Below are positions 19,493 through 27,686 of a DNA stretch of 33,162 nucleotides, piece after piece (positions within the stretch are counted from its first letter, which is position 1; each line of letters starts with the position of its first letter). This stretch comes from Dehalococcoidales bacterium (GTDB lineage Bacteria; Chloroflexota; Dehalococcoidia; Dehalococcoidales; Fen-1064). A program made the translations under genes and the position numbers. The notes below the pieces were generated by a model, which saw nothing but the letters and a program-made list of their open reading frames with translations, was not told the DNA's origin and did no database searches. Location: positions 1 through 33,162 of the forward strand of contig JAFGHZ010000026.1 in the NCBI GenBank assembly GCA_016929875.1, read 5' to 3'.

Positions 19493-19504
19493 GGGAAAAA
19501 TAAA

Positions 19505-19729
19505 ATGCAGACCGCTTTGAATATCGTCCAGATTATAGTGTCCGTAATCCTGATACTGGCCATTTTGTTCCAGGTGAAAGGCGGCGGTATCGGGGGTATT
19601 TTCGGACAGGCCGACTCAGTCTTCCGTACCCGACGCGGTGTAGAAAGATGGCTCTTCCTGGGAACTATTGTCCTGGTAGCTATCTTTGTCGTCCTCTCTA
19701 TTGTGAACATGCTGGTACCGAATTTATAA
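19505..19729 (+). CDS. secG: Preprotein translocase subunit SecG
   Basis: 74 aa with two TM segments, and the LAILFQVKGGGIGGIFG signature. GGGGA SD is present. Confidence 0.8.
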   Translation: MQTALNIVQIIVSVILILAILFQVKGGGIGGIFGQADSVFRTRRGVERWLFLGTIVLVAIFVVLSIVNMLVPNL

Positions 19730-19777
19730 CGTTTCGTATACCTGATATACTTTCGACACAAAAACGGGAGATAAACG

Positions 19778-20683
19778 ATGAAGTTTAAAGGCTTTATGAT
19801 GATAGCCAGGGGGCCTTTTTTGCTTCTGGCGCTAATACTGGGATTTCTAGGCGCCAGTGTCGCCTGGTACGAATCACAGGAATTCGGGGGCGACTTTAAC
19901 CTGGGCTACGCATTTCTGACGGGATTCGGATTGATTGTTGCCCATATCAGCGTCAACGTCTGGAATGAGTACTTCGACTATCGGAGCAAAATAGATTTCA
20001 AAACACGGAAGACGCCTTTCAGCGGCGGCAGCGGGGCAATCCCTTCCGGCATCGTCACCCCCGGGCAAGCACTGTGGCTCGGGATTATAAGCCTGATAAT
20101 CATCATACCTATCGGCATTTTCTTTACGGTCGTCAAAGGCTGGCTTCTCCTGCCGTTACTGGTAATCGCAATCGGCTGTATCCTCCTCTACACGCCTTTC
20201 ATTCTCAAAATAGGATACCCCGAATGGGCGGCGGGGCTGGGACTGGGCCTTCTGCCGATTCTGGGGGCTTACTTCGTCCACACCGGTGAATACACATTTT
20301 CAGCCCTGATTGCCTCGGTTCCCTCGGGGCTTCTGGTACACAATCTACTGCTGCTTAACGAATTCCCCGACGTCGAAGCCGACAAAACAGGAAATCGCCG
20401 TACCTTACCCATCTTCATCGGCAAGAAGAGAGCCGCCATCTTCTACTCGGTAACGACGGTAATCGTTTACCTGTGGATTATCGCTACCGTAATCACCGGA
20501 GATATGCCTGTTTTCACCCTGCTCGGGCTACTGACTTTCCCACTGGCATTCAGAGCAATCGAAGGTGCTTTCAAATACGACGATATGAGCAAATTCGTGC
20601 CGGCACAGGCGAATAATGTGTTGGTCGTCCTGCTGACACAATTGCTGATTGGTATCGGTTATATACTCGGAGGAGTATTTTAG
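19778..20683 (+). CDS. UbiA-superfamily prenyltransferase, MenA-like
   Basis: Polytopic membrane protein with NEYFDYRSKID (NxxxDxxxD) and a second Asp-rich region, NEFPDVEADK. It lies next to a ubiE/menG-type methyltransferase. Confidence 0.8.
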   Translation: MKFKGFMMIARGPFLLLALILGFLGASVAWYESQEFGGDFNLGYAFLTGFGLIVAHISVNVWNEYFDYRSKIDFKTRKTPFSGGSGAIPSGIVTPGQALWLGIISLIIIIPIGIFFTVVKGWLLLPLLVIAIGCILLYTPFILKIGYPEWAAGLGLGLLPILGAYFVHTGEYTFSALIASVPSGLLVHNLLLLNEFPDVEADKTGNRRTLPIFIGKKRAAIFYSVTTVIVYLWIIATVITGDMPVFTLLGLLTFPLAFRAIEGAFKYDDMSKFVPAQANNVLVVLLTQLLIGIGYILGGVF

Positions 20684-20697
20684 GCAGGTACCGGCTT

Positions 20698-21411
20698 TTG
20701 ACAGGTGAGGAAAAAAACCTCTACGATATTTTTACCGCCGTCCCCGACAAGTACGACCTTATCAATTGCATTTTCACCTGGGGATTGGATAAAAAGTGGC
20801 GTCTCGAAGCCGCCCGCACCTGTCTTGAGACGCGCCCTGAGACAATTCTAGACCTTTGTTGCGGCACCGGCGACCTCAGCATCAGATTAGCACAGCTTGC
20901 CGCCCCTGATACTTCGGTGACCGGGCTGGACTACAGCCAGCCGATGTTGGAAAAAGCGCAAGAGAAAACTGCTCGCCTTCACCTCAAAAAACAACCCGTT
21001 TTTATAAAAGGCGATGTAGCCGATTTGCCCTTCCCCGACGGACATTTCGACTGCATCGGTATTTCATTCGCTTTCCGCAACCTGACCTATAAAAATCCAC
21101 TGACGCAACGTTATCTTGCCGAAATACTGAGGGTGCTGAAACCGGGCGGACGGTTTGTCATCGTGGAATCGAGCCAGTCGTCGAATCTTCTAATCCGCAA
21201 ACTCGACCATCTTTACCTGCGGACTTTCGTCCGATGGATGGGCTCCTTGATTTCAGGGAATAAACCCGCTTATACTTACCTATCTGAATCGGCACGGAAA
21301 TTTTATAATGCGGAAGAGCTGGTAGATTTACTGATAAAAACGGGCTTCCGCAAGGTCTCAGTGAAAAAGCTACTTTTCGGGGCAACGGCGATTCATACGG
21401 CGGTGAAATAG
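20698..21411 (+). CDS. ubiE: Demethylmenaquinone/ubiquinone C-methyltransferase
   Basis: YDLINCIFTWGLDKKWR signature, SAM motif LDLCCGTGD, and FRNLT. It has a TTG start; the first in-frame ATG is far downstream. Confidence 0.8.
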   Translation: MTGEEKNLYDIFTAVPDKYDLINCIFTWGLDKKWRLEAARTCLETRPETILDLCCGTGDLSIRLAQLAAPDTSVTGLDYSQPMLEKAQEKTARLHLKKQPVFIKGDVADLPFPDGHFDCIGISFAFRNLTYKNPLTQRYLAEILRVLKPGGRFVIVESSQSSNLLIRKLDHLYLRTFVRWMGSLISGNKPAYTYLSESARKFYNAEELVDLLIKTGFRKVSVKKLLFGATAIHTAVK

Positions 21412-21412
21412 A

Positions 21413-22087
21413 ATGAAATACAAAGCAGTAATTTTCGACCTTTTCGGGACGTTGGTTGATAATTCACCTAAACAGAACTGGTTGAAAGAGATGTCCCTTA
21501 TACTTTTTGCACCCGAGGAAGATTTCTCGCATTTATGGAATGCAACCTTCAAAAAGCGGATGACGGGCGAATTCTACGAATTTCAAGATTGTATCGAATA
21601 CATCTGCCGCCAACTCAATTTGAAAGTGAAAAAAGAACAAATTGAGCGCGCCATAAATCTCAGTTCCGAAAGGGTCAGACGGGAAATAACGGCTATTCAG
21701 CCAAACGCAATTGAAACTATCTCTCAACTTAAAACTGACGGCTATAAAATCGCCCTATTAAGTAACTGTTCCATAGCAATAACTAGACTATGGGGCGAAA
21801 CGCCTTTCGCTAACATTATTAATGCCACAGTTTTTTCGTGCTCTGTCGGGATGATGAAACCTGACCTGCGTATCTTCCATCTTGCTGCCGAAAAACTGCA
21901 GGTAAACCCCACCGAATGTCTATATATCGCCGATGGAATGGACGGTGAACTCAAAGCTGCAGCCACTGTGGGGATGACTCCGGCACGTATACGTTTTCCC
22001 ACTGCCGACCCCGATGACCCTTATAGTGAAGACTGGCAGGGGACCACCATCACCTCACTCAAAGAAGTGCTGGATTTAGTGAAATAG
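21413..22087 (+). CDS. HAD-superfamily hydrolase
   Basis: Motif I VIFDLFGTLVD, motif II LSNCS, and motif III/IV K...IADGMDGE. Confidence 0.8.
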   Translation: MKYKAVIFDLFGTLVDNSPKQNWLKEMSLILFAPEEDFSHLWNATFKKRMTGEFYEFQDCIEYICRQLNLKVKKEQIERAINLSSERVRREITAIQPNAIETISQLKTDGYKIALLSNCSIAITRLWGETPFANIINATVFSCSVGMMKPDLRIFHLAAEKLQVNPTECLYIADGMDGELKAAATVGMTPARIRFPTADPDDPYSEDWQGTTITSLKEVLDLVK

Positions 22088-22131
22088 AAATCCCTTTATG
22101 CTAAACTCAAGGCAGTACGCGGAGTGTCTGA

Positions 22132-22821
22132 ATGGCTGACATAGAACAGGAAGTCGGAGCAGTTATCGTCGGAGCCGGCAGAAGCAAGAGAATGGGGGAT
22201 GTCGATAAAATCTTCGCCCCCCTGGCAGGGCAACCTGTGCTCCTGCGGGTCTTGCAGCCCTTTATCGAATGTCCGGCTGTCGACCGCATCGTCGTAGTAC
22301 TCAACGGACGGAACTACGACGAAGGCAAAGAGCTCATCGACGCTCAGAACTGGGAAAAGGAAGTGGCGGTCTGTACCGGCGGAAGACGCCGCCAGGACTC
22401 TGTGTTGAAAGGGCTGAAGCATCTCGGCGTTTGCGATTACGTGGTGATTCACGACGGCGCCCGCCCGCTGGTAACCATCGATTTAATCGAAAGAGGGCTG
22501 AAGGCGGCTAAAGAAACCGGCGCCGCTGTCGCTGCTCTCCCCGCCACGGACACAATCAAACTCGCCCATAAGGACATGGCCTCTCTGTGGACGCTCCCCA
22601 GGGGAAGCCTGTGGACGATACAGACACCCCAGGTTTTTCAGTACGACCTGTTGATGAAAGCCTACCGAGAAGCGGAGGAAGATGTCACGGACGATGCCCA
22701 GCTGATAGAATTGACCGGCGGTAAAGTCAAGCTCTACACAGGCGCTTATGATAATATTAAAATAACCACACCTGACGATATGGCAATCGCCGAAACACTC
22801 TGGAAGAGGCAAAAAGCGTAA
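22132..22821 (+). CDS. ispD: 2-C-methyl-D-erythritol 4-phosphate cytidylyltransferase
   Basis: AVIVGAGRSKRMG N-terminal motif, GGRRRQDSV, and VIHDGARP. Confidence 0.9.
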   Translation: MADIEQEVGAVIVGAGRSKRMGDVDKIFAPLAGQPVLLRVLQPFIECPAVDRIVVVLNGRNYDEGKELIDAQNWEKEVAVCTGGRRRQDSVLKGLKHLGVCDYVVIHDGARPLVTIDLIERGLKAAKETGAAVAALPATDTIKLAHKDMASLWTLPRGSLWTIQTPQVFQYDLLMKAYREAEEDVTDDAQLIELTGGKVKLYTGAYDNIKITTPDDMAIAETLWKRQKA

Positions 22822-23298
22822 ATGCAATTCGGAATAGGGTTCGACATTCATCCGCTCGTCAAGGGGCGTAAATTAGTGCTTGGCGGCGTTGAGATACCGT
22901 TTGAGCTCGGCTTGGACGGCTGGAGCGATGCCGACGTCCTAGTCCACGCCGTCATTGACGCATTACTCGGTGCTACGGCAATGGGAGATATCGGGACACA
23001 TTTTCCCCCCGGCAAACCGGAATACAAGAACATCAGCAGCTTAAAATTGCTGGGTGAAGTGAAGAACAAATTAACAGCCGCTGGCTGGCAAATAAATAAT
23101 ATCGACGCCACGGTGATTGCAGAAAAACCCCGACTGAGCGAGTATATCGACCCGATGCGGGAACAGTTGCAACAAGCTCTGGGAATACCGATCGAACAGG
23201 TGAGTGTCAAAGCCAGCACCGCGAACCAGGTAGGAGCTCTCGGCAACGAGGAGGCAATCGCCGCTCTTGCTATTGCCTCCGTCCAAAAGGCAAAGTAA
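22822..23298 (+). CDS. ispF: 2-C-methyl-D-erythritol 2,4-cyclodiphosphate synthase
   Basis: [26 protein letters not shown] and GDIGTHFP motifs. The ATG directly abuts the ispD stop. Confidence 0.93.
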   Translation: MQFGIGFDIHPLVKGRKLVLGGVEIPFELGLDGWSDADVLVHAVIDALLGATAMGDIGTHFPPGKPEYKNISSLKLLGEVKNKLTAAGWQINNIDATVIAEKPRLSEYIDPMREQLQQALGIPIEQVSVKASTANQVGALGNEEAIAALAIASVQKAK

Positions 23299-23308
23299 AG
23301 GACTAGTC

Positions 23309-24955
23309 ATGAAAATCTACAACACCCTTTCCCGCCAAAAAAAAGATTTCCGGCCGCATAGCAAAACTGTAACGATGTATGTATGCGGGGTCAATCCCTA
23401 CGCCGATGCGCATATCGGCCATGCTATGAGCTACGTTACTTTCGATACCGTGCGGCGGTACCTGGAATATAGTGGCCACAAGGTAAAACATGTTGAAAAT
23501 GTCACCGATGTCGAAGATAACATCATCAATCACGCAAACAAACTCGGCATTTCCGTAAAAGAATTAACCACCAAGTACACGATACGCTATTTTGAGGATA
23601 TGGACGCCCTCAATATCTTACGCCCTCATTTCATCCCGAAGGCAACCGAGACCATCCCCGAAATCATCGAGATGACTCGCGGACTTATAGACCGCGGGTT
23701 CGCCTATGAAACCAGGGGCAGTGTTTATTTCCGTGTCAACAGCATGAGCGACTACGGTAAACTATCTCATCGCACGCTGGATATGATGATGGCGGGAGCG
23801 CGCATCGAACCGGGTGAAGAAAAAGAGCACCCGATGGACTTTGTGCTCTGGAAAGCCGCTAAACCCGGCGAACCTGCCTGGGACAGCCCCTGGGGAAAAG
23901 GAAGACCCGGCTGGCATATCGAATGCAGTGCCATGTCTCTAAAATACCTCGGTGAGACCATCGATATTCACGGCGGGGGACAGGACTTGATTTTCCCACA
24001 CCATGAAAACGAAATCGCTCAATCCGAATGCTTTACCGGGAAAAAACCTTTCGTACAATACTGGATGCATAACGGTCTCTTGCAGATGGGTGCCGAGAAA
24101 ATGAGTAAATCGCTCGGTAATCTCATCACGATAAGACAAGCCTTAGAAAAATACAGCGCGGACGGATTACGTCTTTTCATTCTAAGCTCGTACTACCGCA
24201 ATCCTCTAACCTATTCTACCGAGGCAATGGACGCAGCAGAGAAAGGAGCCGAGCGGTTACGGCAAGTATCACCGGGTAAGGGGAAAGAGCACGGCGAAAA
24301 AGTCGACGCCGCATCTTTCAAACAGCGCTTTATTGAGTTTATGGACGATGATTTCAGCACACCGCAGGCGATTGCCGTGTTATTTGATCTGGCACGGGAA
24401 ATCAATCGCGGCAATGATGAAGAGAAAGATACGACCGAAGCAGATGCCACATTCCGCGAACTGGCAGGAGTGCTCGGTCTGACGCTTCAAGAACCGGAGG
24501 AACATTCTTTCGAGAAAAAGCTATATGAAGAAATGAAATTACTATACGACAAAAAGGTTTATTCAGAGATTAACAAGAGAATTGAGCCTAATTTGCCAAG
24601 ACTGGATAAATACCCATCTGTACGCTCCGATTTATTGAAATCTCTAGGTGATAAACAAGTCAATACGAGAGATCCTTCTTTTATTATACTAGAGACGGAT
24701 ATAAACCTAAATATAGCATCGGTTGAATCACTTCACGATAATTTGAAACGTCAAAACTATGATGGCATTGTAGAGAATTTAAAGAGCATTGCAAGCACCG
24801 CAGATGCCAGTACTACTTACTTTGCTAATATTAGAGACCAACTACGTCAAACCAAGCAATTCAAAGCCGCCGATGAAATCCGTGATAAGCTACTGGAAAT
24901 GGACGTGGTACTGGAAGACACTCCGCAGGGCACAATCTGGAAGCGGAAGAAGTGA
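23309..24955 (+). CDS. cysS: Cysteinyl-tRNA synthetase with ~100-codon low-GC insertion near the C-terminus
   Basis: [12 protein letters not shown]-terminus preceded by AAAGGA. HIGH motif (HIGHAMSY), KMSKS, and C-terminal [14 protein letters not shown]. The track start at 23267 overlaps ispF and is rejected. Confidence 0.93.
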   Translation: MKIYNTLSRQKKDFRPHSKTVTMYVCGVNPYADAHIGHAMSYVTFDTVRRYLEYSGHKVKHVENVTDVEDNIINHANKLGISVKELTTKYTIRYFEDMDALNILRPHFIPKATETIPEIIEMTRGLIDRGFAYETRGSVYFRVNSMSDYGKLSHRTLDMMMAGARIEPGEEKEHPMDFVLWKAAKPGEPAWDSPWGKGRPGWHIECSAMSLKYLGETIDIHGGGQDLIFPHHENEIAQSECFTGKKPFVQYWMHNGLLQMGAEKMSKSLGNLITIRQALEKYSADGLRLFILSSYYRNPLTYSTEAMDAAEKGAERLRQVSPGKGKEHGEKVDAASFKQRFIEFMDDDFSTPQAIAVLFDLAREINRGNDEEKDTTEADATFRELAGVLGLTLQEPEEHSFEKKLYEEMKLLYDKKVYSEINKRIEPNLPRLDKYPSVRSDLLKSLGDKQVNTRDPSFIILETDINLNIASVESLHDNLKRQNYDGIVENLKSIASTADASTTYFANIRDQLRQTKQFKAADEIRDKLLEMDVVLEDTPQGTIWKRKK

Positions 24956-24962
24956 CACATCG

Positions 24963-25000
24963 CCATTACGAACCGCTATAGTCGGGGGCGAAGCAATCTC
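24963..25000. repeat. REP-like hairpin element, copy B
   Basis: CCATTACGAACCGCtatagtCGGGGGCGAAGCAATCTC, 8 nt after the cysS stop. Confidence 0.55.
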
Positions 25001-25028
25001 CGGGTTGGACATGGGAATAAGTAATACT

Positions 25029-25122
25029 CCATTCCAGCGAAAGCTGGAATCCAGAGAATCATTTACTGGATTCTGGATCATCCCGTATCAAGTACGGGAC
25101 AGGCGTCCAGAATGGTGTTTTG
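25029..25122 (+). promoter_or_regulatory. Candidate structured RNA leader with alternative pairings
   Basis: Hairpin 1: ATTCCAGC-GAAA-GCTGGAAT (25031-25050). Hairpin 2: AGAATC/GATTCT (25055-25074). Hairpin 3: TCCCGTA-tcaag-TACGGGA (25081-25099). ATTCTGG (25070-25076) can instead pair with CCAGAAT (25107-25113), which is followed by GGTGTTTT. Confidence 0.3.
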
Positions 25123-25185
25123 AGTAGTTGAGACGTTATATCATTGGGCAAACTCTGTGAATACATCGAAGAATAATAGTGAAAA

Positions 25186-26457
25186 ATGGCTGATGACACA
25201 TTCTCTACAACTGCCGCCCGTTTCGCCGGCTGGGTAACACGGAGGGAAGGCAGAAAGTTCCTGCAGCTCAGCGACGACTTCCCGGAGCCGACCGTTCCGC
25301 AGGAAAAAGTCGGGCGCGCTGATTGGGCGTCACTCTATATCCACATCCCGTTCTGCCGGACGCTGTGCCCCTTCTGCTGTTTTAACCGCTATCTGCTGGA
25401 TGAGACTAAAGCGCGGCGCTACTTTATCAACCTGAAAAAAGAGGTGGAGTTTTACATCCAGCGGGGGTTTCGCTTCTCCGATTTCTACTTCGGCGGCGGT
25501 ACACCGACCGTCCTGATGGACGAACTGCTGGGATTTATCGATTTCCTGAAGCAGAATTTCAACGTCAGGCGAATCTCGCTGGAGACCACCCACCGTGAAA
25601 TTACGCCGGAGGTAATCGCATCACTGAAAAATGCGGGCATCAACCGCCTCTCCATCGGGGTACAGAGCTTCGATGACGACCTGCTAAAGGCAATGGGGAG
25701 ACTGGTTGGCAGTGGTGAGGAAGCCAAAGAGAAACTAAAGATAGCACAGGGGCAATTCGATACCGTTAATGCCGATTTCATCTTCAATTTCCCGACGCAA
25801 ACGGTCGAACAATTTAAAAAAGATGTCGCTATTTTCAAGGAACTGGGGCTCGACCAGGCGACCTTCTACCCGCTAATGCCCTCGCCTCACAAGAAGAGCC
25901 GACTGGAAAGAAAATTCAGCAAGGTGGATACCGCCCGCGAAAGGGAATTCTACGAAGTGATTCTGCAGGAACTTTACCTGAGCGGTTATCAGGCTTCCAC
26001 CGCATGGTGTTTTTCCCACGGGCACCGCCAGATAGACGAATATATAATCGACTACGACGATTACGTCGGTGTGGGAGCGGGTTCCGTGGGTTTTCTGAAC
26101 GGCGATTTTTACGTCAATACCTTCGCGCTGGAAAAGTACGACGAGTTGATATCCGCGGGCAAACTACCGATTGTCAGCTGGCGCCGTCTCTCGGAGAGGG
26201 AGCACCTGAGATACTATATGCTGACCAAACTCTTCGGGATGTCGCTGGACCGGTATAAATTCCTCCAGAGGTTCGATGGTGATGTCGACCGCAAATTATG
26301 GTGGGAGTTGAAGTTCTTCAAGCTGTTCGGACTGGTCAAAGATGAAGGATTGATCAAAGTGACCCCGAAGGGTATGTACACGGTGTGCGTGATGCAGAAG
26401 GAATTCTTTGCCGCACTGAATACCCTGAGGGAACGGTACATCGAGAAACAGGTCTAA
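25186..26457 (+). CDS. Radical SAM protein, HemN/HemW-like (coproporphyrinogen III oxidase family)
   Basis: LYIHIPFCRTLCPFCCF CxxxCxxC cluster, GGGTPT, RLSIGVQSFDD, and a HemN_C-like tail. Confidence 0.85.
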   Translation: MADDTFSTTAARFAGWVTRREGRKFLQLSDDFPEPTVPQEKVGRADWASLYIHIPFCRTLCPFCCFNRYLLDETKARRYFINLKKEVEFYIQRGFRFSDFYFGGGTPTVLMDELLGFIDFLKQNFNVRRISLETTHREITPEVIASLKNAGINRLSIGVQSFDDDLLKAMGRLVGSGEEAKEKLKIAQGQFDTVNADFIFNFPTQTVEQFKKDVAIFKELGLDQATFYPLMPSPHKKSRLERKFSKVDTAREREFYEVILQELYLSGYQASTAWCFSHGHRQIDEYIIDYDDYVGVGAGSVGFLNGDFYVNTFALEKYDELISAGKLPIVSWRRLSEREHLRYYMLTKLFGMSLDRYKFLQRFDGDVDRKLWWELKFFKLFGLVKDEGLIKVTPKGMYTVCVMQKEFFAALNTLRERYIEKQV

Positions 26458-26468
26458 AAATCTCATGT

Positions 26469-26541
26469 CCCATTGCGAGCCCCGATGACACTTTGTATAA
26501 ACCCTCTTAATTCGATAGATAATCGTGGGCGAAGCAATCTC
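26469..26541. repeat. REP-like element, copy C (arms split by a ~35-nt loop)
   Basis: The left arm CCCATTGCGAGCCCCGAT (26469-26486) pairs with the right arm ATCGTGGGCGAAGCAATCTC (26522-26541). It begins 12 nt after the radical SAM stop. Confidence 0.5.
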
Positions 26542-26564
26542 ACTTATTCAAAAGTCCGTTGTCA

Positions 26565-26607
26565 GCGAGATTGCCGCGCCCCCGATAATACCGGGGTTTC
26601 GCAATGG
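26565..26607. repeat. REP-like hairpin element, copy D (opposite orientation)
   Basis: GCGAGATTGCcgcgCCCCCGataataCCGGGGtttcGCAATGG. Its reverse complement aligns with copy B. Confidence 0.55.
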
Positions 26608-26653
26608 TTCGACGGTTGTTTTGAATCATTATTTCCGCTATGATATTACTACT

Positions 26654-27055
26654 ATGACAAAGGACAAATACGCCGAAAAGCGCTTCGATATCCAGAAGGA
26701 ATCCGCCATCGATGTCGCCGCACTTGAGAAAATCCCCTTCGATTATGCCGGCTCGGCAACCGAAGTAGTTTACGAGACTGAAGAATTCACCTGTGTCTGC
26801 CCATGGACAGGCTTGCCGGACTTCGGCACACTGACTATTTGCTACACCCCGAAAGAGTCCTTAATCGAGCTGAAATCCCTGAAATACTACCTGACCTCTT
26901 ACCGCAATGTCGGCATTATCCAGGAGCACGCCGTCAACCGCATCTTGAAAGACCTCGTAAAGCTGGTAAAACCGCTTTCCATGAGCATAGAAGCGGAATA
27001 CCGGGAAAGAGGAGGGATTAAGAGTTGGGCAAGCGCGAGGCATGGAGTAAAATAG
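26654..27055 (+). CDS. queF: NADPH-dependent 7-cyano-7-deazaguanine reductase
   Basis: EEFTCVCPWTGLPDFG (catalytic Cys) and ELKSLKYYLTSYRNVGIIQEH motifs. The start is set at ATG 26654 because the 5' part of the track ORF (from 26525) is encoded by REP-like copies C and D. No clear SD, so the start is uncertain. Confidence 0.8.
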   Translation: MTKDKYAEKRFDIQKESAIDVAALEKIPFDYAGSATEVVYETEEFTCVCPWTGLPDFGTLTICYTPKESLIELKSLKYYLTSYRNVGIIQEHAVNRILKDLVKLVKPLSMSIEAEYRERGGIKSWASARHGVK

Positions 27056-27681
27056 GCAACTGGTTAAGACTTGCGCTTAAGTGGTTTTTTGCCAGACCAA
27101 AGGTTTACTGTCCTGTACTTATAGTTGTATTTTTAGTAATTTTTCTGTGCATAGCAAGTTCTCCCTCTGTTTTGCTATTTTTTATTGACGCTCCGCCCCG
27201 GACTATTGAACCGACATACACAGAATTCCACAGCGATGAACCCGACGAACAGTTTTATGCACAAATAGAAACTCTCACTGAAAATGACAGGGCTCTCTGG
27301 GAAGAAAAGGGGATTTCATCCTACAGATATACACTTACTAGGTGGTGGTTTCCATGGGGTAGTACAACATACAGGATTACTGTCAAGGGCAGCACTATAA
27401 CTTCTATTAGACAATACGAGCCGATTTTATGGTTCAGCCTTGGCTTACATGTTTCGCAAAAATGCTCGGAGGACTACTGCGGGAATTCTTACACAATAGA
27501 GGCCCTATTCGACTATATACTGGGTGAACTGAGTAAAAACAATGATGATACTACTAATAATGTCATTGCTCTTGCTTTTCACCCGGATTTTCATATCCCT
27601 GTTGCTGGTTTTTTTAATGACGACCATGCCTATGATTACGCGCACGGATTCTATATTTCAAATTTCCAGGTTCTCAAATAG
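27025..27681 (+). CDS. Hypothetical membrane-anchored protein encoded on a low-GC insert
   Basis: TTG start 9 nt after GGAGG (27011-27015), lying inside the queF tail. One N-terminal TM helix (VYCPVLIVVFLVIFLCIASSPSVLLFFI) precedes an aromatic-rich domain. The pattern is reminiscent of DUF6174-type proteins by eye only. A hand count of 27101-27160 gives 21/60 G+C. Confidence 0.5.
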   Translation: MGKREAWSKIGNWLRLALKWFFARPKVYCPVLIVVFLVIFLCIASSPSVLLFFIDAPPRTIEPTYTEFHSDEPDEQFYAQIETLTENDRALWEEKGISSYRYTLTRWWFPWGSTTYRITVKGSTITSIRQYEPILWFSLGLHVSQKCSEDYCGNSYTIEALFDYILGELSKNNDDTTNNVIALAFHPDFHIPVAGFFNDDHAYDYAHGFYISNFQVLK

Positions 27682-27686
27682 GTTGA

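Noticed and set aside
23267-23308. The upstream cysS start, which overlaps ispF by 32 nt
   Set aside because: ATG 23309 gives the canonical MKIYNTLS... N-terminus and has an AAAGGA SD. The extension has no homology support.
24495-24850. An intein or intron in cysS
   Set aside because: There is no Cys/Ser at the insert start and no His-Asn-(Cys/Ser/Thr) at its end. There are no endonuclease motifs or group I/II intron structure, and about 330 nt is too small. I treat it as a translated insertion.
26525-26653. The N-terminal extension of queF in the six-frame track (MGEAISLIQKSVVSEIAAPPIIPGF...)
   Set aside because: This stretch is encoded by REP-like copies C and D (GGGCGAAGCAATCTC gives GEAIS). 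Repeat-derived pseudo-coding is more likely, so the queF start was moved to ATG 26654.
26458-26653. A preQ1 riboswitch upstream of queF
   Set aside because: I looked for the small hairpin plus A-rich tail of preQ1-I/II and did not find it. The hairpins present match the REP-like family seen at three other unrelated loci.
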